A stretch of DNA of 64,000 nt from NCBI GenBank assembly GCA_964057225.1, contig CAXKVF010000095.1:1-64000 (forward strand), read 5' to 3'. The stretch is from Auanema rhodensis (taxonomy: Eukaryota > Animalia > Nematoda). Shown in pieces: positions 1 through 13,900 of the stretch. Made by a program: the position numbers and the translations under genes. Numbering within the stretch: the stretch's first letter is position 1; every line of letters begins with the position of its first letter. Under the pieces are notes generated by a model. It was not told where the DNA came from, searched no databases, and saw only the letters and a list, made by a program, of their open reading frames with translations.

Positions 1-176
1 AGCATAAATTAAAGTTCACGTAAATTTCAAAGTCATGGTTACCATGAACCAATATCAATAAAAATTTGTTTTTAGACTAATATGGACATGGGGAATCTAA
101 TTTTGAAAACCGCATCTCTTTATCTTTCACGTGAAGCGAGTTACATACCAAGTGCACATCACGTATACATTTAATT

Positions 177-352
177 AGCATAAATTAAAGTTCACGTAAA
201 TTTCAAAGTCATGGTTACCATGAACCAATATCAATAAAAATTTGTTTTTAGACTAATATGGACATGGGGAATCTAATTTTGAAAACCGCATCTCTTTATC
301 TTTCACGTGAAGCGAGTTACATACCAAGTGCACATCACGTGTACATTTAATT
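177..352 (+). repeat. Representative consensus monomer (176 bp)
   Basis: AGCATAAATTAAAGTTCACGTAAATTTCAAAGTCATGGTTACCATGAACCAATATCAATAAAAATTTGTTTTTAGACTAATATGGACATGGGGAATCTAATTTTGAAAACCGCATCTCTTTATCTTTCACGTGAAGCGAGTTACATACCAAGTGCACATCACGTGTACATTTAATT; 56/176 G+C. Offsets quoted elsewhere refer to this phase. Confidence 0.98.
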
Positions 353-528
353 AGCATAAATTAAAGTTCACGTAAATTTCAAAGTCATGGTTACCATGCA
401 CCAATATCAATAAAAATTTGTTTTTAGACTAATATGGACATGGGGAATCTAATTTTGAAAACCGCATCTCTTTATCTTTCACGTGAAGCGAGTTACATAC
501 CAAGTGCACATCACGTGTACATTTAATT

Positions 529-703
529 AGCATAAATTAAAGTTCACGTAAATTTCAAAGTCATGGTTACCATGAACCAATATCAATAAAAATTTGTTTT
601 TAGACTAATATGGACATGGGGAATCTAATTTTGAAAACGCATCTCTTTATCTTTCACGTGAAGCGAGTTACATACCAAGTGCACATCACGTGTACATTTA
701 ATT
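529..703 (+). repeat. 175-bp monomer (1-bp deletion)
   Basis: GAAAACGC instead of GAAAACCGC near 638; register shifts by 1. Could be a sequencing or consensus error. Confidence 0.9.
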
Positions 704-1407
704 AGCATAAATTAAAGTTCACGTAAATTTCAAAGTCATGGTTACCATGCACCAATATCAATAAAAATTTGTTTTTAGACTAATATGGACATGGGGAATC
801 TAATTTTGAAAACCGCATCTCTTTATCTTTCACGTGAAGCGAGTTACATACCAAGTGCACATCACGTGTACATTTAATTAGCATAAATTAAAGTTCACGT
901 AAATTTCAAAGTCATGGTTACCATGCACCAATATCAATAAAAATTTGTTTTTAGACTAATATGGACATGGGGAATCTAATTTTGAAAACCGCATCTCTTT
1001 ATCTTTCACGTGAAGCGAGTTACATACCAAGTGCACATCACGTGTACATTTAATTAGCATAAATTAAAGTTCACGTAAATTTCAAAGTCATGGTTACCAT
1101 GCACCAATATCAATAAAAATTTGTTTTTAGACTAATATGGACATGGGGAATCTAATTTTGAAAACCGCATCTCTTTATCTTTCACGTGAAGCGAGTTACA
1201 TACCAAGTGCACATCACGTGTACATTTAATTAGCATAAATTAAAGTTCACGTAAATTTCAAAGTCATGGTTACCATGAACCAATATCAATAAAAATTTGT
1301 TTTTAGACTAATATGGACATGGGGAATCTAATTTTGAAAACCGCATCTCTTTATCTTTCACGTGAAGCGAGTTACATACCAAGTGCACATCACGTGTACA
1401 TTTAATT

Positions 1408-3167
1408 AGCATAAATTAAAGTTCACGTAAATTTCAAAGTCATGGTTACCATGAACCAATATCAATAAAAATTTGTTTTTAGACTAATATGGACATGGGG
1501 AATCTAATTTTGAAAACCGCATCTCTTTATCTTTCACGTGAAGCGAGTTACATACCAAGTGCACATCACGTGTACATTTAATTAGCATAAATTAAAGTTC
1601 ACGTAAATTTCAAAGTCATGGTTACCATGAACCAATATCATTAAAAATTTGTTTTCAGACTAATATGGACATGGGGAATCTAATTTTGAAAACCGCATCT
1701 CTTTATCTTTCACGTGAAGCGAGTTACATACCAAGTGCACATCACGTGTACATTTAATTAGCATAAATTAAAGTTCACGTAAATTTCAAAGTCATGGTTA
1801 CCATGAACCAATATCAATAAAAATTTGTTTTTAGACTAATATGGACATGGGGAATCTAATTTTGAAAACGGCATCTCTTTATCTTTCACGTGAAGCGAGT
1901 TACATACCAAGTGCACATCACGTGTACATTTAATTAGCATAAATTAAAGTTCACGTAAATTTCAAAGTCATGGTTACCATGAACCAATATCAATAAAAAT
2001 TTGTTTTTAGACTAATATGGACATGGGGAATCTAATGTTGAAAACCGCATCTCTTTATCTTTCACGTGAAGCGAGTTACATACCAAGTGCACATCACGTG
2101 TACATTTAATTAGCATAAATTAAAGTTCACGTAAATTTTAAAGTCATGGTTACCATGAACCAATATCAATAAAAATTTGTTTTTAGACTAATATGGACAT
2201 GGGGAATCTAATTTTGAAAACCGCATCTCTTTATCTTTCACGTGAAGCGAGTTACATACCAAGTGCACATCACGTGTACATTTAATTAGCATAAATTAAA
2301 GTTCACGTAAATTTCAAAGTCATGGTTACCATGAACCAATATCAATAAAAATTTGTTTTTAGACTAATATGGACATGGGGAATCTAATTTTGAAAACCGC
2401 ATCTCTTTATCTTTCACGTGAAGCGAGTTACATACCAAGTGCACATCACGTGTACATTTAATTAGCATAAATTAAAGTTCACGTAAATTTCAAAGTCATG
2501 GTTACCATGAACCAATATCATTAAAAATTTGTTTTCAGACTAATATGGACATGGGGAATCTAATTTTGAAAACCGCATCTCTTTATCTTTCACGTGAAGC
2601 GAGTTACATACCAAGTGCACATCACGTGTACATTTAATTAGCATAAATTAAAGTTCACGTAAATTTCAAAGTCATGGTTACCATGAACCAATATCAATAA
2701 AAATTTGTTTTTAGACTAATATGGACATGGGGAATCTAATTTTGAAAACGGCATCTCTTTATCTTTCACGTGAAGCGAGTTACATACCAAGTGCACATCA
2801 CGTGTACATTTAATTAGCATAAATTAAAGTTCACGTAAATTTCAAAGTCATGGTTACCATGAACCAATATCAATAAAAATTTGTTTTTAGACTAATATGG
2901 ACATGGGGAATCTAATGTTGAAAACCGCATCTCTTTATCTTTCACGTGAAGCGAGTTACATACCAAGTGCACATCACGTGTACATTTAATTAGCATAAAT
3001 TAAAGTTCACGTAAATTTTAAAGTCATGGTTACCATGAACCAATATCAATAAAAATTTGTTTTTAGACTAATATGGACATGGGGAATCTAATTTTGAAAA
3101 CCGCATCTCTTTATCTTTCACGTGAAGCGAGTTACATACCAAGTGCACATCACGTGTACATTTAATT
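1408..3167 (+). repeat. Tandem duplication of a 5-monomer block (2 x 880 bp)
   Basis: Rare variants repeat at 880-bp spacing: CATTAAAA (with TTTTCAG) 1641/2521, AAAACGGC 1870/2750, AATGTTG 2037/2917, TTTTAAAG 2139/3019. Confidence 0.93.
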
Positions 3168-4399
3168 AGCATAAATTAAAGTTCACGTAAAATTCAAAGT
3201 CATGGTTACCATGCACCAATATCAATAAAAATTTGTTTTTAGACTAATATGGACATGGGGAATCTAATTTTGAAAACCGCATCTCTTTATCTTTCACGTG
3301 AAGCGAGTTACATACCAAGTGCACATCACGTGTACATTTAATTAGCATAAATTAAAGTTCACGTAAATTTCAAAGTCATGGTTACCATGCACCAATATCA
3401 ATAAAAATTTGTTTTTAGACTAATATGGACATGGGGAATCTAATTTTGAAAACCGCATTTCTTTATCTTTCACGTGAAGCGAGTTACATACCAAGTGCAC
3501 ATCACGTGTACATTTAATCAGCATAAATTAAAGTTCACGTAAATTTCAAAGTCATGGTTACCATGAACCAATATCAATAAAAATTTGTTTTTAGACTAAT
3601 ATGGACATGGGGAATCTAATTTTGAAAACCGCATTTCTTTATCTTTCACGTGAAGCGAGTTACATACCAAGTGCACATCACGTGTACATTTAATTAGCAT
3701 AAATTAAAGTTCACGTAAATTTCAAAGTCATGGTTACCATGAACCAATATCAATAAAAATTTGTTTTTAGACTAATATGGACATGGGGAATCTAATTTTG
3801 AAAACCGCATCTCTTTATCTTTCACGTGAAGCGAGTTACATACCAAGTGCACATCACGTGTACATTTAATTAGCATAAATTAAAGTTCACGTAAATTTCA
3901 AAGTCATGGTTACCATGAACCAATATCAATAAAAATTTGTTTTTAGACTAATATGGACATGGGGAATCTAATTTTGAAAACCGCATCTCTTTATCTTTCA
4001 CGTGAAGCGAGTTACATACCAAGTGCACATCACGTGTACATTTAATTAGCATAAATTAAAGTTCACGTAAATTTCAAAGTCATGGTTACCATGCACCAAT
4101 ATCAATAAAAATTTGTTTTTAGACTAATATGGACATGGGGAATCTAATTTTGAAAACCGCATCTCTTTATCTTTCACGTGAAGCGAGTTACATACCAAGT
4201 GCACATCACGTGTACATTTAATTAGCATAAATTAAAGTTCACGTAAATTTCAAAGTCATGGTTACCATGCACCAATATCAATAAAAATTTGTTTTTAGAC
4301 TAATATGGACATGGGGAATCTAATTTTGAAAACCGCATCTCTTTATCTTTCACGTGAAGCGAGTTACATACCAAGTGCACATCACGTGTACATTTAATT

Positions 4400-7300
4400 A
4401 GCATAAATTAAAGTTCACGTAAATTTCAAAGTCATGGTTACCATGAACCAATATCAATAAAAATTTGTTTTTAGACTAATATGGACATGGGGAATCTAAT
4501 TTTGAAAACCGCATCTCTTTATCTTTCACGTGAAGCGAGTTACATACCAAGTGCACATCACGTGTACATTTAATTAGCATAAATTAAAGTTCACGTAAAT
4601 TTCAAAGTCATGGTTACCATGAACCAATATCAATAAAAATTTGTTTTTAGACTAATATGGACATGGGGAATCTAATTTTGAAAACCGCATCTCTTTATCT
4701 TTCACGTGAAGCGAATTACATACCAAGTGCACATCACGTGTACATTTAATTAGCATAAATTAAAGTTCACGTAAATTTCAAAGTCATGGTTACCATGCAC
4801 CAATATCAATAAAAATTTGTTTTTAGACTAATATGGACATGGGGAATCTAATTTTGAAAACCGCATCTCTTTATCTTTCACGTGAAGCGAGTTACATACC
4901 AAGTGCACATCACGTGTACATTTAATTAGCATAAATTAAAGTTCACGTAAATTTCAAAGTCATGGTTACCATGAACCAATATCAATAAAAATTTGTTTTT
5001 AGACTAATATGGACATGGGGAATCTAATTTTGAAAACCGCATCTCTTTATCTTTCACGTGAAGCGAGTTACATACCAAGTGCACATCACGTGTACATTTA
5101 ATTAGCATAAATTAAAGTTCACGTAAATTTCAAAGTCATGGTTACCATGAACCAATATCAATAAAAATTTGTTTTTAAACTAATATGGACATGGGGAATC
5201 TAATTTTGAAAACCGCATCTCTTTATCTTTCACGTGAAGCGAGTTACATACCAAGTGCACATCACGTGTACATTTAATTAGCATAAATTAAAGTTCACGT
5301 AAATTTCAAAGTCATGGTTACCATGAACCAATATCAATAAAAATTTGTTTTTAGACTAATATGGACATGGGGAATCTAATTTTGAAAACCGCATCTCTTT
5401 ATCTTTCACGTGAAGCGAGTTACATACCAAGTGCACATCACGTGTACATTTAATTAGCATAAATTAAAGTTCACGTAAATTTCAAAGTCATGGTTACCAT
5501 GCACCAATATCAATAAAAATTTGTTTTTAGACTAATATGGACATGGGGAATCTAATTTTGAAAACCGCATCTCTTTATCTTTCACGTGAAGCGAGTTACA
5601 TACCAAGTGCACATCACGTGTACATTCAATTAGCATAAATTAAAGTTCACGTAAAATTCAAAGTCATGGTTACCATGAACCAATATCAATAAAAATTTGT
5701 TTTTAGACTAATATGGACATGGGGAATCTAATTTTGAAAACCGCATCTCTTTATCTTTCACGTAAAGCGAGTTACATACCAAGTGCACATCACGTGTACA
5801 TTTAATTAGCATAAATTAAAGTTCACTTAAATTTCAAAGTCATGGTTATCATGAACCAATATCAAAAAAAATTTGTTTTTAGACTAATATGGACATGGGT
5901 AATCTAATTTTGAAAACCGCATCTCTTTATCTTTCACGTGAAGCGAGTTACATACCAAGTGCACATCACGTGTACATTTAATTAGCATAAATTAAAGTTC
6001 ACGTAAAATTCAAAGTCATGGTTACCATGAACCAATATCAATAAAAATTTGTTTTTAGACTAATATGGACATGGGGAATCTAATTTTGAAAACCGCATCT
6101 CTTTATCTTTCACGTGAAGCGAGTTACATACCAAGTGCACATCACGTGTACATTTAATTAGCATAAATTAAAGTTCACGTAAATTTCAAAGTCATGGTTA
6201 CCATGAACCAATATCAATAAAAATTTGTTTTTAGACTAATATGGACATGGGGAATCTAATTTTGAAAACCGCATCTCTTTATCTTTCACGTGAAGCGAGT
6301 TACATACCAAGTGCACATCACGTGTACATTTAATTAGCATAAATTAAAGTTCACGTAAATTTCAAAGTCATGGTTACCATGAACCAATATCAATAAAAAT
6401 TTGTTTTTAGACTAATATGGACATGGGGAATCTAATTTTGAAAACCGCATCTCTTTATCTTTCACGTGAAGCGAATTACATACCAAGTGCACATCACGTG
6501 TACATTTAATTAGCATAAATTAAAGTTCACGTAAATTTCAAAGTCATGGTTACCATGCACCAATATCAATAAAAATTTGTTTTTAGACTAATATGGACAT
6601 GGGGAATCTAATTTTGAAAACCGCATCTCTTTATCTTTCACGTGAAGCGAGTTACATACCAAGTGCACATCACGTGTACATTTAATTAGCATAAATTAAA
6701 GTTCACGTAAATTTCAAAGTCATGGTTACCATGAACCAATATCAATAAAAATTTGTTTTTAGACTAATATGGACATGGGGAATCTAATTTTGAAAACCGC
6801 ATCTCTTTATCTTTCACGTGAAGCGAGTTACATACCAAGTGCACATCACGTGTACATTTAATTAGCATAAATTAAAGTTCACGTAAATTTCAAAGTCATG
6901 GTTACCATGAACCAATATCAATAAAAATTTGTTTTTAAACTAATATGGACATGGGGAATCTAATTTTGAAAACCGCATCTCTTTATCTTTCACGTGAAGC
7001 GAGTTACATACCAAGTGCACATCACGTGTACATTTAATTAGCATAAATTAAAGTTCACGTAAATTTCAAAGTCATGGTTACCATGAACCAATATCAATAA
7101 AAATTTGTTTTTAGACTAATATGGACATGGGGAATCTAATTTTGAAAACCGCATCTCTTTATCTTTCACGTGAAGCGAGTTACATACCAAGTGCACATCA
7201 CGTGTACATTTAATTAGCATAAATTAAAGTTCACGTAAATTTCAAAGTCATGGTTACCATGCACCAATATCAATAAAAATTTGTTTTTAGACTAATATGG

Positions 7301-7919
7301 ACATGGGGAATCTAATTTTGAAAACCGCATCTCTTTATCTTTCACGTGAAGCGAGTTACATACCAAGTGCACATCACGTGTACATTCAATTAGCATAAAT
7401 TAAAGTTCACGTAAAATTCAAAGTCATGGTTACCATGAACCAATATCAATAAAAATTTGTTTTTAGACTAATATGGACATGGGGAATCTAATTTTGAAAA
7501 CCGCATCTCTTTATCTTTCACGTAAAGCGAGTTACATACCAAGTGCACATCACGTGTACATTTAATTAGCATAAATTAAAGTTCACTTAAATTTCAAAGT
7601 CATGGTTATCATGAACCAATATCAAAAAAAATTTGTTTTTAGACTAATATGGACATGGGTAATCTAATTTTGAAAACCGCATCTCTTTATCTTTCACGTG
7701 AAGCGAGTTACATACCAAGTGCACATCACGTGTACATTTAATTAGCATAAATTAAAGTTCACGTAAAATTCAAAGTCATGGTTACCATGAACCAATATCA
7801 ATAAAAATTTGTTTTTAGACTAATATGGACATGGGGAATCTAATTTTGAAAACCGCATCTCTTTATCTTTCACGTGAAGCGAGTTACATACCAAGTGCAC
7901 ATCACGTGTACATTTAATT
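4400..7919 (+). repeat. Tandem duplication of a 10-monomer block (2 x 1760 bp)
   Basis: Variants at 1760-bp spacing: GCGAATT 4715/6475, TAAAC 5178/6938, TTCAAT 5627/7387, CGTAAAGC 5764/7524, CACTTAA 5827/7587, GGGT 5900/7660. Confidence 0.94.
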
Positions 7920-10900
7920 AGCATAAATTAAAGTTCACGTAAATTTCAAAGTCATGGTTACCATGCACCAATATCAATAAAAATTTGTTTTTAGACTAAT
8001 ATGGACATGGGGAATCTAATTTTGAAAACCGCATCTCTTTATCTTTCACGTGAAGCGAGTTACATACCAAGTGCACATCACGTGTACATTTAATTAGCAT
8101 AAGTTAAAGTTCACGTAAATTTCAAAGTCATGGTTACCATGAACCAATATCAATAAAAATTTGTTTTTAGACTAATATGGACATGGGGAATCTAATTTTG
8201 AAAACCGCATCTCTTTATCTTTCACGTGAAGCGAGTTACATACCAAGTGCACATCACGTGTACATTTAATTAGCATAAATTAAAGTTCACGTAAATTTCA
8301 AAGTCATGGTTACCATGAACCAATATCAATAAAAATTTGTTTTTAGACTAATATGGACATGGGGAATCTAATTTTGAAAACCGCATCTCTTTATCTTTCA
8401 CGTGAAGCGAGTTACATACCAAGTGCACATCACGTGTACATTTAATTAGCATAAATTAAAGTTCACGTAAATTTCAAAGTCATGGTTACCATGCACCAAT
8501 ATCAATAAAAATTTGTTTTTAGACTAATATGGACATGGGGAATCTAATTTTGAAAACCGCATCTCTTTATCTTTCACGTGAAGCGAGTTACATACCAAGT
8601 GCACATCACGTGTACATTTAATTAGCATAAATTAAAGTTCACGTAAAATTCAAAGTCATGGTTACCATGAACCAATATCAATAAAAATTTGTTTTTAGAC
8701 TAATATGGACATGGGGAATCTAATTTTGAAAACCGCATCTCTTTATCTTTCACGTGAAGCGAGTTACATACCAAGTGCACATCACGTGTACATTTAATTA
8801 GCATAAATTAAAGTTCACGTAAATTTCAAAGTCATGGTTACCATGAACCAATATCAATAAAAATTTGTTTTTAGACTAATATGGACATGGGGAATCTAAT
8901 TTTGAAAACCGCATCTCTTTATCTTTCACGTGAAGCGAGTTACATACCAAGTGCACATCACGTGTACATTTAATTAGCATAAATTAAAGTTCACGTAAAT
9001 TTCAAAGTCATGGTTACCATGAACCAATATCAATAAAAATTTGTTTTTAGACTAATATGGACATGGGGAATCTAATTTTGAAAACGGCATCTCTTTATCT
9101 TTCACGTGAAGCGAGTTACATACCAAGTGCACATCACGTGTACATTTAATTAGCATAAATTAAAGTTCACGTAAATTTCAAAGTCATGGTTACCATGAAC
9201 CAATATCAATAAAAATTTGTTTTTAGACTAATATGGACATGGGGAATCTAATTTTGAAAACCGCATCTCTTTATCTTTCACGTGAAGCGAGTTACATACC
9301 AAGTGCACATCACGTGTACATTTAATTAGCATAAATTAAAGTTCACGTAAATTTCAAAGTCATGGTTACCATGAACCAATATCAATAAAAATTTGTTTTT
9401 AGACTAATATGGACATGGGGAATCTAATTTTGAAAACCGCATCTCTTTATCTTTCACGTGAAGCGAGTTACATACCAAGTGCACATCACGTGTACATTTA
9501 ATTAGCATAAATTAAAGTTCACGTAAAATTCAAAGTCATGGTTACCATGAACCAATATCAATAAAAATTTGTTTTTAGACTAATATGGACATGGGGAATC
9601 TAATTTTGAAAACCGCATCTCTTTATCTTTCACGTAAAGCGAGTTACATACCAAGTGCACATCACGTGTACATTTAATTAGCATAAATTAAAGTTCACGT
9701 AAATTTCAAAGTCATGGTTATCATGAACCAATATCAAAAAAAATTTGTTTTTAGACTAATATGGACATGGGGAATCTAATTTTGAAAACCGCATCTCTTT
9801 ATCTTTCACGTGAAGCGAGTTACATACCAAGTGCACATCACGTGTACATTTAATTAGCATAAATTAAAGTTCACGTAAATTTCAAAGTCATGGTTACCAT
9901 GAACCAATATCAATAAAAATTTGTTTTTAGACTAATATGGACATGGGGAATCTAATTTTGAAAACCGCATCTCTTTATCTTTCACGTGAAGCGAATTACA
10001 TACCAAGTGCACATCACGTGTACATTTAATTAGCATAAATTAAAGTTCACGTAAATTTCAAAGTCATGGTTACCATGAACCAATATCAATAAAAATTTGT
10101 TTTTAGACTAATATGGACATGGGGAATCTAATTTTGAAAACCGCATCTCTTTATCTTTCACGTGAAGCGAGTTACATACCAAGTGCACATCACGTGTACA
10201 TTTAATTAGCATAAATTAAAGTTCACGTAAATTTCAAAGTCATGGTTACCATGCACCAATATCAATAAAAATTTGTTTTTAGACTAATATGGACATGGGG
10301 AATCTAATTTTGAAAACCGCATCTCTTTATCTTTCACGTGAAGCGAGTTACATACCAAGTGCACATCACGTGTACATTTAATTAGCATAAATTAAAGTTC
10401 ACGTAAAATTCAAAGTCATGGTTACCATGAACCAATATCAATAAAAATTTGTTTTTAGACTAATATGGACATGGGGAATCTAATTTTGAAAACCGCATCT
10501 CTTTATCTTTCACGTGAAGCGAGTTACATACCAAGTGCACATCACGTGTACATTTAATTAGCATAAATTAAAGTTCACGTAAAATTCAAAGTCATGGTTA
10601 CCATGAACCAATATCAATAAAAATTTGTTTTTAGACTAATATGGACATGGGGAATCTAATTTTGAAAACCGCATCTCTTTATCTTTCACGTGAAGCGAGT
10701 TACATACCAAGTGCACATCACGTGTACATTTAATTAGCATAAATTAAAGTTCACGTAAATTTCAAAGTCATGGTTACCATGAAGCAATATCAATAAAAAT
10801 TTGTTTTTAGACTAATATGGACATGGGGAATCTAATTTTGAAAACCGCATCTCTTTATCTTTCACGTGAAGCGAGTTACATACCAAGTGCACATCACGTG

Positions 10901-13900
10901 TACATTTAATTAGCATAAATTAAAGTTCACGTAAATTTCAAAGTCATGGTTACCATGAACCAATATCAATAAAAATTTGTTTTTAGACTAATATGGACAT
11001 GGGGAATCTAATTTTGAAAACCGCATCTCTTTATCTTTCACGTGAAGCGAGTTACATACCAAGTGCACATCACGTGTACATTTAATTAGCATAAATTAAA
11101 GTTCACGTAAATTTCAAAGTCATGGTTACCATGCACCAATATCAATAAAAATTTGTTTTTAGACTAATATGGACATGGGGAATCTAATTTTGAAAACCGC
11201 ATCTCTTTATCTTTCACGTGAAGCGAGTTACATACCAAGTGCACATCACGTGTACATTCAATTAGCATAAATTAAAGTTCACGTAAAATTCAAAGTCATG
11301 GTTACCATGAACCAATATCAATAAAAATTTGTTTTTAGACTAATATGGACATGGGGAATCTAATTTTGAAAACCGCATCTCTTTATCTTTCACGTGAAGC
11401 GAGTTACATACCAAGTGCACATCACGTGTACATTTAATTAGCATAAATTAAAGTTCACGTAAATTTCAAAGTCATGGTTACCATGAACCAATATCAATAA
11501 AAATTTGTTTCTAGACTAATATGGACATGGGGAATCTAATTTTGAAAACCGCATCTCTTCATCTTTCACGTGAAGCGAGTTACATACCAAGTGCACATCA
11601 CGTGTACATTTAATTAGCATAAATTAAAGTTCACGTAAATTTCAAAGTCATGGTTACCATGCACCAATATCAATAAAAATTTGTTTTTAGACTAATATGG
11701 ACATGGGGAATCTAATTTTGAAAACCGCATCTCTTCATCTTTCACGTGAAGCGAGTTACATACCAAGTGCACATCACGTGTACATTTAATTAGCATAAAT
11801 TAAAGTTCACGTAAATTTCAAAGTCATGGTTACCATGCACCAATATCAATAAAAATTTGTTTTTAGACTATTATGGACATGGGGAATCTAATTTTGAAAA
11901 CCGCATCTCTTTATCTTTCACGTGAAGCGAGTTACATACCAAGTGCACATCACGTGTACATTCAATTAGCATAAATTAAAGTTCACGTAAAATTCAAAGT
12001 CATGGTTACCATGAACCAATATCAATAAAAATTTGTTTTTAGACTAATATGGACATGGGGAATCTAATTTTGAAAACCGCATCTCTTTATCTTTCACGTG
12101 AAGCGAGTTACATACCAAGTGCACATCACGTGTACATTTAATTAGCATAAATTAAAGTTCACGTAAATTTCAAAGTCATGGTTACCATGAACCAATATCA
12201 ATAAAAATTTGTTTTTAGACTAATATGGACATGGGGAATCTAATTTTGAAAACCGCATCTCTTCATCTTTCACGTGAAGCGAGTTACATACCAAGTGCAC
12301 ATCACGTGTACATTTAATTAGCATAAATTAAAGTTCACGTAAATTTCAAAGTCATGGTTACCATGCACCAATATCAATAAAAATTTGTTTTTAGACTAAT
12401 ATGGACATGGGGAATCTAATTTTGAAAACCGCATCTCTTTATCTTTCACGTGAAGCGAGTTACATACCAAGTGCACATCACGTGTACATTTAATTAGCAT
12501 AAATTAAAGTTCACGTAAATTTCAAAGTCATGGTTACCATGAACCAATATCAATAAAAATTTGTTTTTAGACTAATATGGACATGGGGAATCTAATTTTG
12601 AAAACCGCATCTCCTTATCTTTCACGTGAAGCGAGTTACATACCAAGTGCACATCACGTGTACATTTAATTAGCATAAATTAAAGTTCACGTAAAATTCA
12701 AAGTCATGGTTACCATGAACCAATATCAATAAAAATTTGTTTTTAGACTAATATGGACATGGGGAATCTAATTGTGAAAACCGCATCTCTTTATCTTTCA
12801 CGTGAAGCGAGTTACATACCAAGTGCACATCACGTGTACATTTAATTAGCATAAATTAAAGTTCACGTAAATTTCAAAGTCATGGTTACCATGAACCAAT
12901 ATCAATAAAAATTTGTTTTTAGACTAATATGGACATGGGGAATCTAATTTTGAAAACCGCATCTCTTTATCTTTCATGTGAAGCGAGTTACATACCAAGT
13001 GCACATCACGTGTACATTTAATTAGCATAAATTAAAGTTCACGTAAATTTCAAAGTCATGGTTACCATGAACCAATATCAATAAAAATTTGTTTTTAGAC
13101 TAATATGGACATGGGGAATCTAATTTTGAAAACCGCATCTCTTTATCTTTCACGTGAAGCGAGTTACATACCAAGTGCACATCACGTGTACATTTAATTA
13201 GCATAAATTAAAGTTCACGTAAATTTCAAAGTCATGGTTACCATGAACCAATATCAATAAAAATTTGTTTTTAGACTAATATGGACATGGGGAATCTAAT
13301 TTTGAAAACCGCATCTCTTTATCTTTCACGTGAAGCGAGTTACATACCAAGTGCACATCACGTGTACATTTAATTAGCATAAATTAAAGTTCACGTAAAT
13401 TTCAAAGTCATGGTTACCATGCACCAATATCAATAAAAATTTGTTTTTAGACTAATATGGACATGGGGAATCTAATTTTGAAAACCGCATCTCTTTATCT
13501 TTCACGTGAAGCGAGTTACATACCAAGTGCACATCACGTGTACATTCAATTAGCATAAATTAAAGTTCACGTAAAATTCAAAGTCATGGTTACCATGAAC
13601 CAATATCAATAAAAATTTGTTTTTAAACTAATATGGACATGGGGAATCTAATTTTGAAAACCGCATCTCTTTATCTTTCACGTGAAGCGAGTTACATACC
13701 AAGTGCACATCACGTGTACATTTAATTAGCATAAATTAAAGTTCACGTAAATTTCAAAGTCATGGTTACCATGAACCAATATCAATAAAAATTTGTTTTT
13801 AGACTAATATGGACATGGGGAATCTAATTTTGAAAACCGCATCTCTTCATCTTTCACGTGAAGCGAGTTACATACCAAGTGCACATCACGTGTACATTTA

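Noticed and set aside
1-176. Assignment to known 176-178-bp satellites (Brassica CentBr, Arabidopsis CEN178, honeybee AluI)
   Set aside because: Only the length agrees. The consensus lacks the HindIII (AAGCTT) and AluI (AGCT) sites associated with those families, and I recognise no sequence similarity. A database search is needed.
334-430. Budding-yeast point centromere (CDEI-CDEII-CDEIII)
   Set aside because: An 8-bp CDEI match exists, but there is no >90% AT CDEII and no CDEIII CCGAA core at the proper distance. Point centromeres are also not tandem arrays.
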